A DNA stretch of 64,000 nucleotides, from positions 62,870,085 through 62,934,084 of the forward strand of contig NC_057719.1 of NCBI RefSeq assembly GCF_004010195.1, read 5' to 3'. The notes under the pieces are model-generated. The model was not told where the DNA came from, searched no databases, and worked only from the letters and a program-made list of their open reading frames with translations. Made by a program: the position numbers and the translations under genes. Positions 23,041-34,849 of the stretch are shown here, in pieces. The stretch's first letter is position 1. Each line of letters starts with the position of its first letter. The DNA is from Chiloscyllium plagiosum. Its lineage: Eukaryota.

Positions 23041-23429
23041 GAGCTTCCCAGTCAGCCATGTGATGGAAAGACACTTGGCGCCTCAACCATCACTCTCTAT
23101 AATTTCAGACAACACACGTGTAAATGTTCTTGTTGCCTCTGCAACAAGGATTAAAGCCATACCATTTAACTGGGTGGTCTAGGTTACTAGTCCAGTGATA
23201 TTGCCATAAAGTAAATTTCTTCCCTTTTACAGCACCTTTTATAGCATATTAGAATGTCCCCAAATTCTTTATTGCCTGTTTTGTTTTTAACTACTTATTC
23301 ATGGGATGAGGGCTCCTCTGGCTAGGCCAGCATTTATTGCTCAGAGGACAGTTTGTGGGTCTGGAGTTAAAGGGCCAGCACAGAGATAATGTACTGAATG
23401 GTCTCCTTCAGTACTCTTAACATTCGATG

Positions 23430-23980
23430 ATTTTACCACTGTCCCACAAACAGCAATATGATTCTTGCAAGATGAGCTGTATTGTGATTGTAATGAGGCC
23501 AGACAGCTGTACCACAGAATGAATTCCCTGTTAACCTCGACCAGTCAGGGAATCCTGGCTAACATTTTAAAAAAAAGAGTGATTGTCGGAGACACTGACA
23601 ATCTGGTGCCTGACTTTATGTGAGGTAGTACTGTAGTCAAGGACCGTCCATGTGTAAATAAAGGGTGACTTGGTGGCTGGATACCAGCCTCTGTACAGTT
23701 CTTTCAATCTGTTTCTTGTCATTTTGGTGAGGGATGACAATTGGCCAGTACATCAACTAATTTTGTTCAAAATATCACCATGGGATTGTTTGCATCATCC
23801 ACTTGAAAAGGGCAAGCGATCTCAATTTAATGCTTTCTTTGAAAAGATAGTATAGTATAGCAAACAGTATAGCAGAATATCAGTACTGCACTGTACTGTC
23901 AGCCTAGAGTTTGTACTTACATTTCTGGCATTGAACCAGAACACACTGACGTGGAGGTGAGTCCAAACCAAACAGCTTAT
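23430..23980 (-). mobile_element. Deu-domain SINE, degraded, interrupted by a solo LTR
   Basis: CCCACAAACAGCAAT..TTGGCCAG..CCATGGGAT..CCACTTGA..CAGTACTGCACTG..TCAGCCTAGA, reverse similarity to the 46670 copy. Confidence 0.55.
23489..23706 (+). mobile_element. Short solo LTR
   Basis: TGTAATGAGG..TAAATAAAGGGTGACTTGG..TTCTTTCA: TG...CA termini with an AATAAA; no clean TSD. Confidence 0.6.
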
Positions 23981-24209
23981 ACTATACATTAAATGTGTTC
24001 CTGTTTCACTTCTTGCAAAATTCTTTTTGGAAAATTTCACTGTGTGGGGTGGTAAGTTTCACAAAACTCCTGGGAGCACTGTGCTAAACCGTTGTGCTTG
24101 ATATTTGTTTCGTGTGATTGTGTTCTGGACTTTAGAAACTAGTACTTTCCTTGGCTTTTAACTTTGTGTATATGTGAATATTATTAATCATTTAACATCT
24201 GTTCCACTG

Positions 24210-26842
24210 CTCCAGGACAGCTCTGCAGGAGTCCCTCAGAGTAATGTCCTGGGCACAACCATAATCAACTGCTTCATCAGTGACCTTCCTGACATCAGGT
24301 CAGAAATGGAGATGTTTGCTGATAACTGAACAATGTTCAGCACCATTCCCGATTCATAGAGTCTTACAGCACAGAGACAGAGCCTATGGCCCAAACTGCG
24401 CCATGCCAACCTAAGTGTCCATCGACAGTAACCCAATTTCCCTACAATTGGTCCATATCCTTCTAAGCCTTTCCTATCCATGTATTTGTCCAAATGCCTT
24501 TTAAATGTTGTTAATGTACTCAACAACTTCCACTGGCAACTCATTCCATATGAGGACCACCCTCTGTGTAAAAAAAAAAAAAGTTGCCCCTCAGGTTCCC
24601 TTTTATTCTTTCCCTTCTAATTTTAAACTGATGCCCTTTAGACCTCGATTTCTCAACTCTGGGGAAAAAGGCTGAGTGCATACACCCTATCCATGCCTCT
24701 CGTCGTCTTATACACTTCTAGAAGATACCCCCCTCAGTCTCCTATGCTCTAAAGAAAAATGTCCTAGCTTGTTCGACCTCTTCCTATAACTCAGACCATT
24801 GAGTGCAGGCGACATCCTTATAAATTTCTTTTAAACTCTTTCCAGTTAAATAGCAGGGTGACCAAAACTGAACACAATAATCGGCAAGTGCAGCCTTACC
24901 AATGTCCTGTATTACTGCAACATAACTTCCCAACTTCTATACTCAGTGCTTTGACTGATGAAGGCTAGTGTACCAAAAGCCTTCGTCACTGCCCTGTCTA
25001 CCAGTGACTCCACTTTCAGACAATCATGCACGTGAACCCCAAGGTCCCTCTGTTGCACTACACTCCTTAAGGCCCTACCATTCACCATGAAACTCCGACC
25101 TTGATTTGAATTTCCAAAATGCAAGACCTCACACTTATCTATATTAAACTCCATTTGCCATTTCATGGCCCACTTTACCCAGCTGATCAATGTCCTGGTG
25201 CAATTTCTGATAACCTTCCTCACTGCCCACGATATTACCTATTTGAGTGTCATCTGCAACTACTAATCATGTCCTGCACATTCTCATCCAAATCATTGAT
25301 ATAGATAACAAGCAGCAATGGTCCCAGCACTGACCCCTGAGGCACACCGCTAGTCACAAGCATCCTTCCACTATTACCCTCTGCTTCCTACAATCAAGCC
25401 AATTGTGCATCCAATTTGCCAGCTCACACTGGATTCCATGCAGTTTAACCTTCCAGAGCAACCTACAAGTGGAACCTTGTCAAAAGTCCTTACTGAAATC
25501 CATATACACTATCTCCTGCCCTCATCAATCTTCCTGGTCACTTCATCAAAGAAATCTAACAAATTTGCGAGGCATGATTTCCCACACACACAGCCATGCT
25601 GACTGCTCCTAATCAAACCCTGTCTTTCCAAACACATGAATAAATTATCTCTCAGAATCTTCTCAAGTAACTTAGCTACAACAGATGTTAGGCTCACGAG
25701 TCTATAGTTCCCAAGTTTCTCTTTGCAGCCCTTCTTGAATAAGGGAACAACAATCACTACCCTCCAGTCTTCCAGGACCTCACCCGTGCTAACATTGATA
25801 CAAAAATATCTGCGAGGGCCCCTACAATTTCTTTTCTATCCTCTTGCAGTGTTCTTGGATATATCTGGTCAGGACTAGGAGATTTACCCAGCCTCATACA
25901 TTCTACTACACCCAATATGTCCCCTACTGTGATTATGGACTGTCCCCAAGATATCACTACTAACTTCCCCAAGTTTTAATGTCTTTCTACATGGTAAACA
26001 CAGAGGAGAAATATTCATCGAGAGCTCCGTCGAGACTGAATGCAGCAATAACTGATTAATATCTAGATTTAAGCTGACAAATGTCAACAACACTCCTGCC
26101 ACACAAGTGCCAGGCAATGACAATTTCCAAGAGAAGACAATCTGACCACCATCCCTTGAGATTCAATTACATTGCCATCATTGAATCCTCCACTATCAGC
26201 ATCCTGGGAATTAACATTGACCAGAAACTGAACTGGGCTAGCCACATAAACACTGTGGCTGCAAGAGCAGATCAGAGGCTAGGAATACTGTAGTGAGTAA
26301 TCACTTTCTGACTCCCCAAAGCCTATTTCCCCATCTACAAAGCACAAGTCAGGTGTGTAATGGAATATTCCCCACTTATCCAGATGGGTGTGGCTCCAGC
26401 AACATGAAAGAAGCTTGACACCATCCAAACAAAGCAGTTCAATTGATTGGCACTGCATCCACAAACATTCACTCACATCACCACCAACACTCAGTAGTAG
26501 CAGTGTGTACTGTCTACAAGATGCACTGTCGACATTCACCAAGGTTACTTAGACAGCAATCCACAAGCACTACCATCAAGAGGGACAAGAATAGCAGATA
26601 AATGGGAACACCAGCACCAGCAAATTCCCCTCCAAGCCATTCACCATCCTGACTTGGAAATGGATCATTGTTCTTTCAGTGTCACTGGGTCAAAATCCTG
26701 AATCTCCTCTCTAACAACACTAACGTCAAACATACTGCAGCAGTTCAAGAAGGCAACTCACCACCACCTTCTGAAGGGCAACTAGGGATGAGAAATAAAT
26801 GCTGGACCAGTGATGTCCACATCCCATGAATGAATAGAAAAA
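24210..26842 (+). mobile_element. LINE family B (RT C-terminus plus 3' end) split by a CR1 insertion
   Basis: 24210-24352 GVPQSNVLG..CFISDLP..MFADN resumes at ~26024 (KCQAMTISK..ILGINIDQKLNWASHINTVA..IYKAQVR..MEYSPL) and ends ..CCCATGAATGAATAGAAAAA. Confidence 0.85.
24353..26022 (-). mobile_element. CR1 LINE, 5'-truncated, nested in family B
   Basis: ORF 25509-25757 PLFKKG..GNYRLVSLTSVVAKLLE..KSCLANLLDFF; ORF 24912-25223 WQMEFNIDKCEVLHFG. Confidence 0.92.
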
Positions 26843-26889
26843 ATGCATGCTTCTGTCCATTTTGTTATTCAGGATTTTTATTGCCATAT

Positions 26890-27255
26890 GTTTAGAAGGT
26901 TGAGGGCAGACCTAATAGAAACACACAAGATAATCCATGGCTTAAAAAGGATGGACACTGGGAAGTTGTTTCTGTTAGGCAGGAAGACTAGAACCCGTGG
27001 GCACGGCCTTAGAATTAAAGGAGGTCAATTTAGAACGGAAATGCGGAGACATTTATTCAGCCGGAGAGTGTGGGCCTGTGGAATTCATTGCCACGGAGAG
27101 CATTGGAAGCCGGGACATTAAATGTCTTCAAGGCAGAGATTGATACATTATTGATCTCGCAAGGAATTAAGGGCTACGGGGAGAGTGCAGGTAAGTGGAG
27201 TTGAAATGCCCATCAGCCATGATTGAATGGCAGAGTGGACTCGATATCTTATGTT
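26890..27255 (+). mobile_element. CR1 3' fragment
   Basis: RRLRADLIETHKI..RTRGHGLRIKGGQFRTEMRRHLFS (ORF 26843-27121). Confidence 0.85.
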
Positions 27256-27737
27256 TTTATTGTAACATTCAAGGTTGAAACTGTTGTTCAGTTTGGTTGA
27301 AAAAACAATGCAATCATACTGAAAGGATCAGAACTTACCTAATGAAATATTTTGAGACCTAGGGAAACAGGATTCACGTTTATAGAAAGTATATAGCTTT
27401 GTTTGCTCCTTCGTTCAATCTCATCTCATTTGATTGGAGGTTGTGTTTGACAAGTACTTGTGTCTCAATGCACTGTCGATAAAGAAATATTTCTCTTCCC
27501 TCACTCCATCAGCATGTACTGTCTTACAGCCCATATTTTCATTCAATGAATTTCAATTTCTAATTACTTTTTGTTTTGCTTTACCTGCCACTCACACTTG
27601 TATTTTAAAAATATACTGACCTTTATCATCAAACATCACTCTTCAGCTAAGCAGACCGCTGTCAAAACCACTTTGTGCTGTGATCAACGATAGAAAAAAA
27701 AGTACAAAATTGTCTGAGTTGGCCCATGTTTTAATCT

Positions 27738-27860
27738 CTGGGAAAAGGTCATCAACCTGAACCATTTTCTGTCTGCACAGATGTTGCCAGATGTAATGAA
27801 TATTTCCAGCATTTTCTGTTTTAGTTTAAAATCTCCAGAACCTGCACTATTTTATGTTTA
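27738..27860 (+). mobile_element. Single-arm Penelope-derived terminal fragment
   Basis: GGAAAAGGTCATCAACCTGAA..CACAGATGTTGCCAGA..TTTCCAGCATTTTCTG, related to the right arm at 11810-11940. Confidence 0.6.
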
Positions 27861-29309
27861 TGCCAGTTTCAGAATTTCCTGTCCTGAAGTGTGAGGGGAT
27901 ATGAATATGTTACTACTGATTACATAAAGAATGATGTTACTCTGACATCTACTGAAATATCGCCAGCAGAAGCAGCCTGCGATTGCCTGAGCTACTTCAT
28001 CCCACCAGCAATGAATCAGATCTCAGTTCTGCAATCCAACCGCATCCAGTCATCAACAGTGGTGGACAATAAACGACTCAACGATTGAGGAAGAACCATG
28101 TAACCCATCCTCAACAATGGGGGAGCTCAGCACATCAATTGGTGGGTTTCATTGGCTGGGAGATGGTTGAGGTCCTATGGGCAGATTTTATGAAGGTAGT
28201 AAATAATTTAAAGAGTAGATCCTGAAATGTGGTAAGTGATATTAAGCTGGTGGCCTTTTTAATGGCTCGCACAGACACACTGGGCTGAATGCAATTTCTG
28301 TACTTTTTTTCCTTAAGTTTCCAATGAATAGACACCAGTTCAGCTGGGCGTGTTGTGGAGATGGCATTGGCTGGAGATTTAACGTGGAGTATGGTGCCAC
28401 TGTAATTGAATCAGCTCTGCTTGCTGACTGACATCATAATCTGCATACATTCTACACATGCCCTACCATCCCCATTCATATCAAAAATGTTGGGAAGTGT
28501 GCAAGCACACATGCCATTTTGCACAAAAGACCTTGTCCATAACAGCAAGGAAACAGGCATCATGCTACAGAATTTGCTGGCCCTTGTGTTCCTCCAAAAT
28601 TTCTTTCTCTATTGTTTGACCAAGTCTGTCGAATGAAATGTGATAGTCTATTATGCGGTGTGTTCTTTGAGACTGCTATGTCACATTGTGCTCATTTGTA
28701 AAACAGGCAAGCTATCTCCCTGTCACAGCAGAAAAAGAATTATAGCATCCTTTTATTTGATTATTTTAATACTTGCTTAAATATTTATCTATAATTACAG
28801 TCCCATCCAATTGAATTGTAATTCTTGCCAAATAGACAGGAATGTTTGCTTTGAATTGTTAAACTAATCCTAGTCTTTATTGAAAAGCTTATAACAAGGT
28901 ATCTAATCAATTTTTAGGAAGTATTGGTATGATGTTCCAAATATCCCAACAATCAATAACCTTTGTGACAAATATCGCCATGCATTATTTGATAAGTTAG
29001 GTACTAAAGCTGCTGTGGGTGATAATTTCATTTTGGAAGTGTGAACATGGTTTAAACAAATCTTTCTTAGAGAGCAAGGAGTATCAATTTTAAAGATAAA
29101 GGATGGTCTACCATTTACTCTATCATGCAAATTTGACATAATAAACACTGACACAGCAACACACTCAGTTTCTGTATGTCTGTACTTAATTAAAATTGAA
29201 CTGCTATTTTAGTGAAAGCATTTCAGTAAAGGAAAGCCTGAAGGTCATCTCATGTTGCTTGGGTTTGCCATCAACAGTGAATCATTTCAGCAGAGGGTCA
29301 GATTTTATT

Positions 29310-30165
29310 CCTTTGTTGGAGATGGACATTGCTGGCAAGTCCAGCATTAGGTGGCCATCGCTAAATGCCCTTGAATTGCTGGCTTTCTCAGTCATTTCAG
29401 AGGGCAGTTAGAAATCAACCATGTTACTATGGGTCTGGAATCACATGTAGACCTGACTAGGTGAGATTGACAGTTTTCTCCCCCAAAGAAATTTTTTAAA
29501 TTACCTCATAGGATGTGGGTGTGGCTGACTGGCCTGCATTTATTGACCATCCCGAGTTGTCCTTGAAAATATAGTGGTGAGCTACCACCTTGAACCACTG
29601 CAGGTTGATCTACAATGCCATTAAGGAAGGAATTCCAGAATTTTGACCCAGTGACAATGAAGGAAAAGTGATATATTTCCAAATCAGGATGGTGATTGAC
29701 TTGGAGGAAAACTTATAGATGGTGGTGTTCCCATCTGCTGCCTTTGTCCTTCCAGATGGAAGTGGTTGTCGGTTTGGAAGGTGCTGTCTATAGATCCTTG
29801 GCAAAATCCTGCAGCGCATTTTGTACATACTGCTGCTAATGAGCGTTAGTGAAGAAGAGAGTGGAGGCTTGTGAAGAAGAGAGTGGAAAGTGGATGTGGT
29901 GCCAATCACATTGTTCTGATGGTGTCAAGCTTCTTGCATCTTATTGGAGTTGCACTCATCCAGGCAAGTGGGGAGTATTCTATCGCGCACTTGACTTGTG
30001 CCTTATGGATGTTGAATAGGTTTTGGGGAACATTAATGAACCTGATGAGCTTTTACAATAATCATCGCTATCATGATTAGCTTTGTATTCCAATTTGTTT
30101 TATCTGATTTTTGTTTAAATTCCACCAGTTTGCATGTTTTTACCAGATTATGAGTTACTGATTAC
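29310..30165 (-). mobile_element. tRNA-derived SINE (family-B tail) split by a LINE family B fragment (~29495-30030)
   Basis: SINE body AGGGCAGTTAG..GGGTCTGGAATCACATGTAG..CCCCAAAG resumes at CATTAATGAACC (~30031); the insert encodes MIGTT..FHSL..YKMRC on the minus strand. Confidence 0.7.
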
Positions 30166-30554
30166 CCACCTTCCCCCACCCCCCTCCCCCCCCACCCCAA
30201 GAGAGGATGATGGAGGATGCAACCTTGGCTTTTTATAAAATTTTTTAAAATGTCAATTTTGCAAATGTAAATGTTGTAATTTATGACACGTAAACATAAC
30301 TGCTGAGACTGTGGACACTCGTATCAATGTCCATTAAACCAGGAGCAGAATTCTAAATATAAGATTGTCCAATACAGTATAATAATGACTTGGAACAGTC
30401 GACATCGATATAATTAAGCCTCACAATTGCACAAAGTACACGAGCCATTATTCAATAGACAGATAACCTGTGTGAGGCACTTAATAATGATAGGGCTTAC
30501 AACACTCATTAGATAAAAATCCTGAAATATCGGGACTCATCAGGAATGGAAGTT

Positions 30555-33500
30555 ATAGAGTCATAGAGATGTACAACATGGGAGACAGACCCTTCAGTCC
30601 AATTCGTCCATGCCAAGCAGATATTCCAACCCAATTTAGTCCCACCTGCCAGCACCCGGCCCATATGACTTCAAACCCTTCCAATTCATAGACACATCCA
30701 GGTGCCTTTTAAATGCTGCAATTGTACGAGCCTCTACTACTTCCTCTGGCAGCTCATTCCAAACATGTATCACCCTCTGTGTGAAAAAGTTGTCTCTTAG
30801 GTCTCTTTTATATCTTTCCCCTCTCACTAAACCTAAACCTTCTAGTTCTGGACTCCTCCACCCCAGGGAAGAGACTTTGTCTATTTATCCTCTCCATGCC
30901 CCTCATGATGTTTTTAGCCTCTATAAGTTCACCACTCAGCCTCCTACGCTCTCGGGAAAACAGCCCCAGCCTATTCGACCTCCCCCATATCTCAAATCCT
31001 CCAACCCTGGCAACATCCTTGTAAATATTTTCTGGACCCTTTCAAGTTTCAGAAAATCTTTACAATAGGAAAGAGAACAGAATTGCACACACAATTCCAA
31101 TAGTAACCTAACCAATGTCCTGTACAGCCACAACATGACCTCCCAACACATGTACTCAATACTCTGAACAATAAAGGAAAGCATATCAAACCCCCACTTC
31201 ACTATCCTATCTACCTGCGACTCCACTTTCAAGGAGCTATGAACCTGCACTCCAAGGTCTCTTTGTCCAAGGTCTCTTCCTTAGGACCTTACCATTAAGT
31301 GTACAAGTCCTGCTAAGATTTGCTTTCCCAAAATGTAGCACCTCACATTTATCGAAATTAAACTCCATCTGCCACTTCTCAGCCCATTGGCCCATCTGAT
31401 CAAGATCCCGTTGTAATCCGAGGTAACCTTCTTTGCTGTCCACTCCACCTCCAATTTTGGTGTAATCTGCAAACGTACTAACTAATCCTCTTATGCTCAC
31501 ATCCAAATCATTTCTATAAATGATGAAAAGTAGTGGACCCAGCACTGATCCTTGTGGCACTCCACTGGTCACAGGCCTCCAATCTGAAAAACAACTCTCC
31601 ACCACCACCCACTGTCTTCTACCTTTGAGCTGTATCCAAATGGCTAGTTCCATGAGATCTAACCTTGTTAACCAGTCTCCCATGGGGAACCTTGTCGAAT
31701 GTCTTACACTGAAGTCCATATGGATCACATCTACCACTCTGCCCTCATCAATCATCTTTGTTACTTGTTCAAAAAGCTCAATCAAGTTTGTGAGACACGA
31801 TTTCCCACACACAAAGCCATGTTGACTATCCCTAATCAGTCCTTGCCTTTCCAAATACATGTACATCCTGTCCTTCAGGATTCCCTCCAACAATTTGCCC
31901 ACCACCGACGTCAGGCTCACTGGTCTATAGTTCCCTGGCTTGTCCTTACCACCTTTCTTAAACAGTGACACCACGTTTGCCAACCTCCAGTCTTCTGGCA
32001 CCTCACCTGTGACTATTGATGATACAACTATCTCAGCAAGAGGCCCAGCAATCACTTCCCTAGCTTCCCACAGAGTTCTAGGATACACCTGATCAGGTCC
32101 TGGGGATTTATCCACTTTTATGTGTTTCAAGACATCCAGTACTTCCTCCTCTGTAATATGGAGATTTTTCATGATGTCACCATTCTATATCTTCCATGTC
32201 CTTTTCCACAGTAAACACTGATGCAAAATACTTGTTTAATATCTCCCCCCTCTTTGTGGCTCCCTACAAAGGCCGCCTTGCTGATCTTTGAGGGGCCCTA
32301 TTCTCTCCCTAGTTGCCCTTTTGTCCTTTATGTATTTGTAAAACCCCTTTGGATTCTCCTTAACTCTATTTGCAAAAGCTATCTCATATTCCCCTTTTGC
32401 CCTCTTGATTTCTCTCTTAAGTATACTTCTACTTCCTTTATACTCATCTGAGAATTCCCTCAATCTATCTTGTCTATACCTGACATATGCTTCTTTCTTT
32501 TCCTTAACCAAACCCTCAATTTCTTTAGTCATCCAACATTCCCTATACCAACCAGCCTTTCCTTTCACCCTGACAGGAATGTACTTTCTCTGGATTCTTG
32601 TTATCTCATTTCTGAAGGCTCCCCACTTTCCAGCTGTCCCTTTACCTGCGAACACCTGTCCCAAACAGCTTTTGAAAGTTCTTGCCTAATACCGTCAAAA
32701 TTGGCCTTCCTCCAATTTAGAACTCCAACTTTTAGATCTGATCTATCCTTTTCCATCACTATTTTAAAATGAATAAATTATAGTTGCTGGCCCCAAAGTG
32801 CTCCCCCGCTGACACCTCAGTCACTGCTCTGCCTTATTTCCCAAGATTAGGTCAAGTTTTGCACCTTCTCCACATATTGAATTAGAGGATTTTTTTATAC
32901 ACACTTAACAAATTCCTCACCATCCAAACCCTTAACACTATAACAGTTCCAGTCTATGTTTGGAAAGTTAAAATCCCCTACCATAACCACCCTATTATTC
33001 TTACAGATAGCGGAGATGTCCTTCCAAGTTTGTTTCTCAATTCCCTCTGACTATTAGAGGGTCTATAATACAATCCCAATAAGGTGATCATCCTTTTCTT
33101 ATTTCCCAGTCGCAGCCAAATAACTGTATTTCTGGGAATATCCTCCCTCAGTACAGCTGTAATGCTATCCCTTATAAAAAATGCCACCCCCACTCGCCCC
33201 CCTTTCTGTCCTTCCTGTAGCATTTGTATCCTGAAACATTAAGCTGCCAGTTCTGCCCATCCCTGAGCGATGTTTCTGTAATTGCTGTAATATCCAAGTC
33301 CCATGTTCCTAACCATGCCCTGAGTTATCTGCCTTCCCTGTTAGGCCCCATGCATTGAAATAAATGCAGTTTAATTTATCAGTCCTACCTTGGTCTTTGC
33401 CTTGACCCTGCCTGCCCTGACTCTGTGACTCACTACTTTTCTCAACTGCATCAGTCTCAGATTGATCTCGATCCTCACTAACTCCCTAGATCTTCCCCCC

Positions 33501-34530
33501 CCCCTCCCGCCACCTTAATAGTTTAAATCCTAAACGAGGACCTCCTTTTTAAATTCCTGCCTAACTGTCTTCATATTCTCCCTTCAGAATCTCAACCTTT
33601 TCCCTTCCTATGTCATTGCTTCCAATATGTACAATGACTTCCTGCTGGCTCCTCTCCCCTTTCTTACCTTTCCTGGCGTTAACCCATCTATGTGACTGTA
33701 TCTTCAACTTTTCTCCTTTTCTACAACTGCTATCCATCACATCTCCTTGTTCTTATAAATTCCTCATCGCCTCTAACTGTCTTTCCAACCGATCTATTCA
33801 ATCTGATAGGATTCGCAACCAATGGCATTTATTGCAGATATAATTCTCAGTAACATATAAACTTTCCCTAAACTCCCATATCTGACAAGAAGAGCATATC
33901 ACTGTCCTTCAGGTCAGTTTTGCTTCTTTCAATCTACAGACTCAGAAAATAGCACTGTCTTATTCCTCTATAAAACACTGCTCCAGGCTAACTTAATACT
34001 TATGGTTTATATTTTTAAGTTTAATCAAGAGACATATTTCAATTAAACAAATAATCAAGAAAGAACCTATTCTACTCACTATTGCAGACTTAGTGTCAGG
34101 CTACACTTAGAAATATCTGTTTCTGTGCTGTGATCTCTCCCAAACAGGTTCCTCCAAGATTAGTTGCAAATTTCACTGTTTGTTAATTTTCCCAGACACA
34201 GTCCAATGTCAAGTGATAACTGAATTCAAACAGCAAAGGCAGTAACTGCACAGGTTCACTGCTGTCAGTTAGCAGTGTGGGTTTTTTTTTTCTCTCTCTC
34301 TCTCTCCTGCACTGTCCTCACCATGTGCTTCCTTTGTCTGCTCTTCTCCCTTTTAAACTGCTGTTGTTTTGACATTTTTTTTCTTCAAAGTTCCAAAACA
34401 ATGCAACAGCATATAAAACAGTAATTGCTGCTCCTGGAATTCGAGGAAATCACCTCCAACACCGAAAACACCTCAAAAAAGGAACAGCTGTTACAGCCGG
34501 AAATTTTTCCTGTCTTCCATCTTGGATCAC
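30555..34530 (-). mobile_element. Near-full-length CR1 LINE (5' UTR, ORF1 remnant, ORF2 APE-RT, 3' UTR), inactivated
   Basis: ORF1 Zn-finger/zipper ICSSCQIWE..YICNKC..DRLERQLE (~33900-33770) and VHIGSNDIGR esterase block; ORF2 pieces LLGLYYRPSNS, ORF 31237-32172 (311 aa; KSPGPD..NYRPVSLTS..SGVPQGSVLGPLLF..FADYTK), ORF 30936-31250; tail at ~30555. Confidence 0.95.
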
Positions 34531-34624
34531 TATATAGAGAAGCTTTCTTGGAAGTCTGTGGGATGTGAGACACTAATTTATCTCATGAGTACTTTTTCTC
34601 CCTTCAAATTAATAGCAGCTGGAG

Positions 34625-34770
34625 CAAAAGCAAAATCTGTGGATAGTGAAAATCCAAATGAAATGGTCACCTGACAGATCATTGACTAGAAATGTTAACT
34701 CTGCTTCTCTTTCTATTCACACAGATTCTGTTCAAGTTGCCAAGTGTTTCCAGCATGTTCTGTTCTAACT
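34625..34770. mobile_element. Degraded Penelope-derived terminal fragment
   Basis: GAAATGTTAACTCTGCTTCTC..ACAGA..TTTCCAGCATGTTCTGTT. Confidence 0.5.
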
Positions 34771-34849
34771 GTACATTCTCTGAGGTTGAATAGATTCCCT
34801 CTACAGAGACAGTGGAACAGATAAAAGCAAACTCATGGGTTTGCTGACT

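Noticed and set aside
31237..32172. 311-aa reverse transcriptase ORF as a retron, DGR or novel RT system
   Set aside because: It is a frameshifted piece of CR1 ORF2 within a LINE, with many sibling copies in the window.
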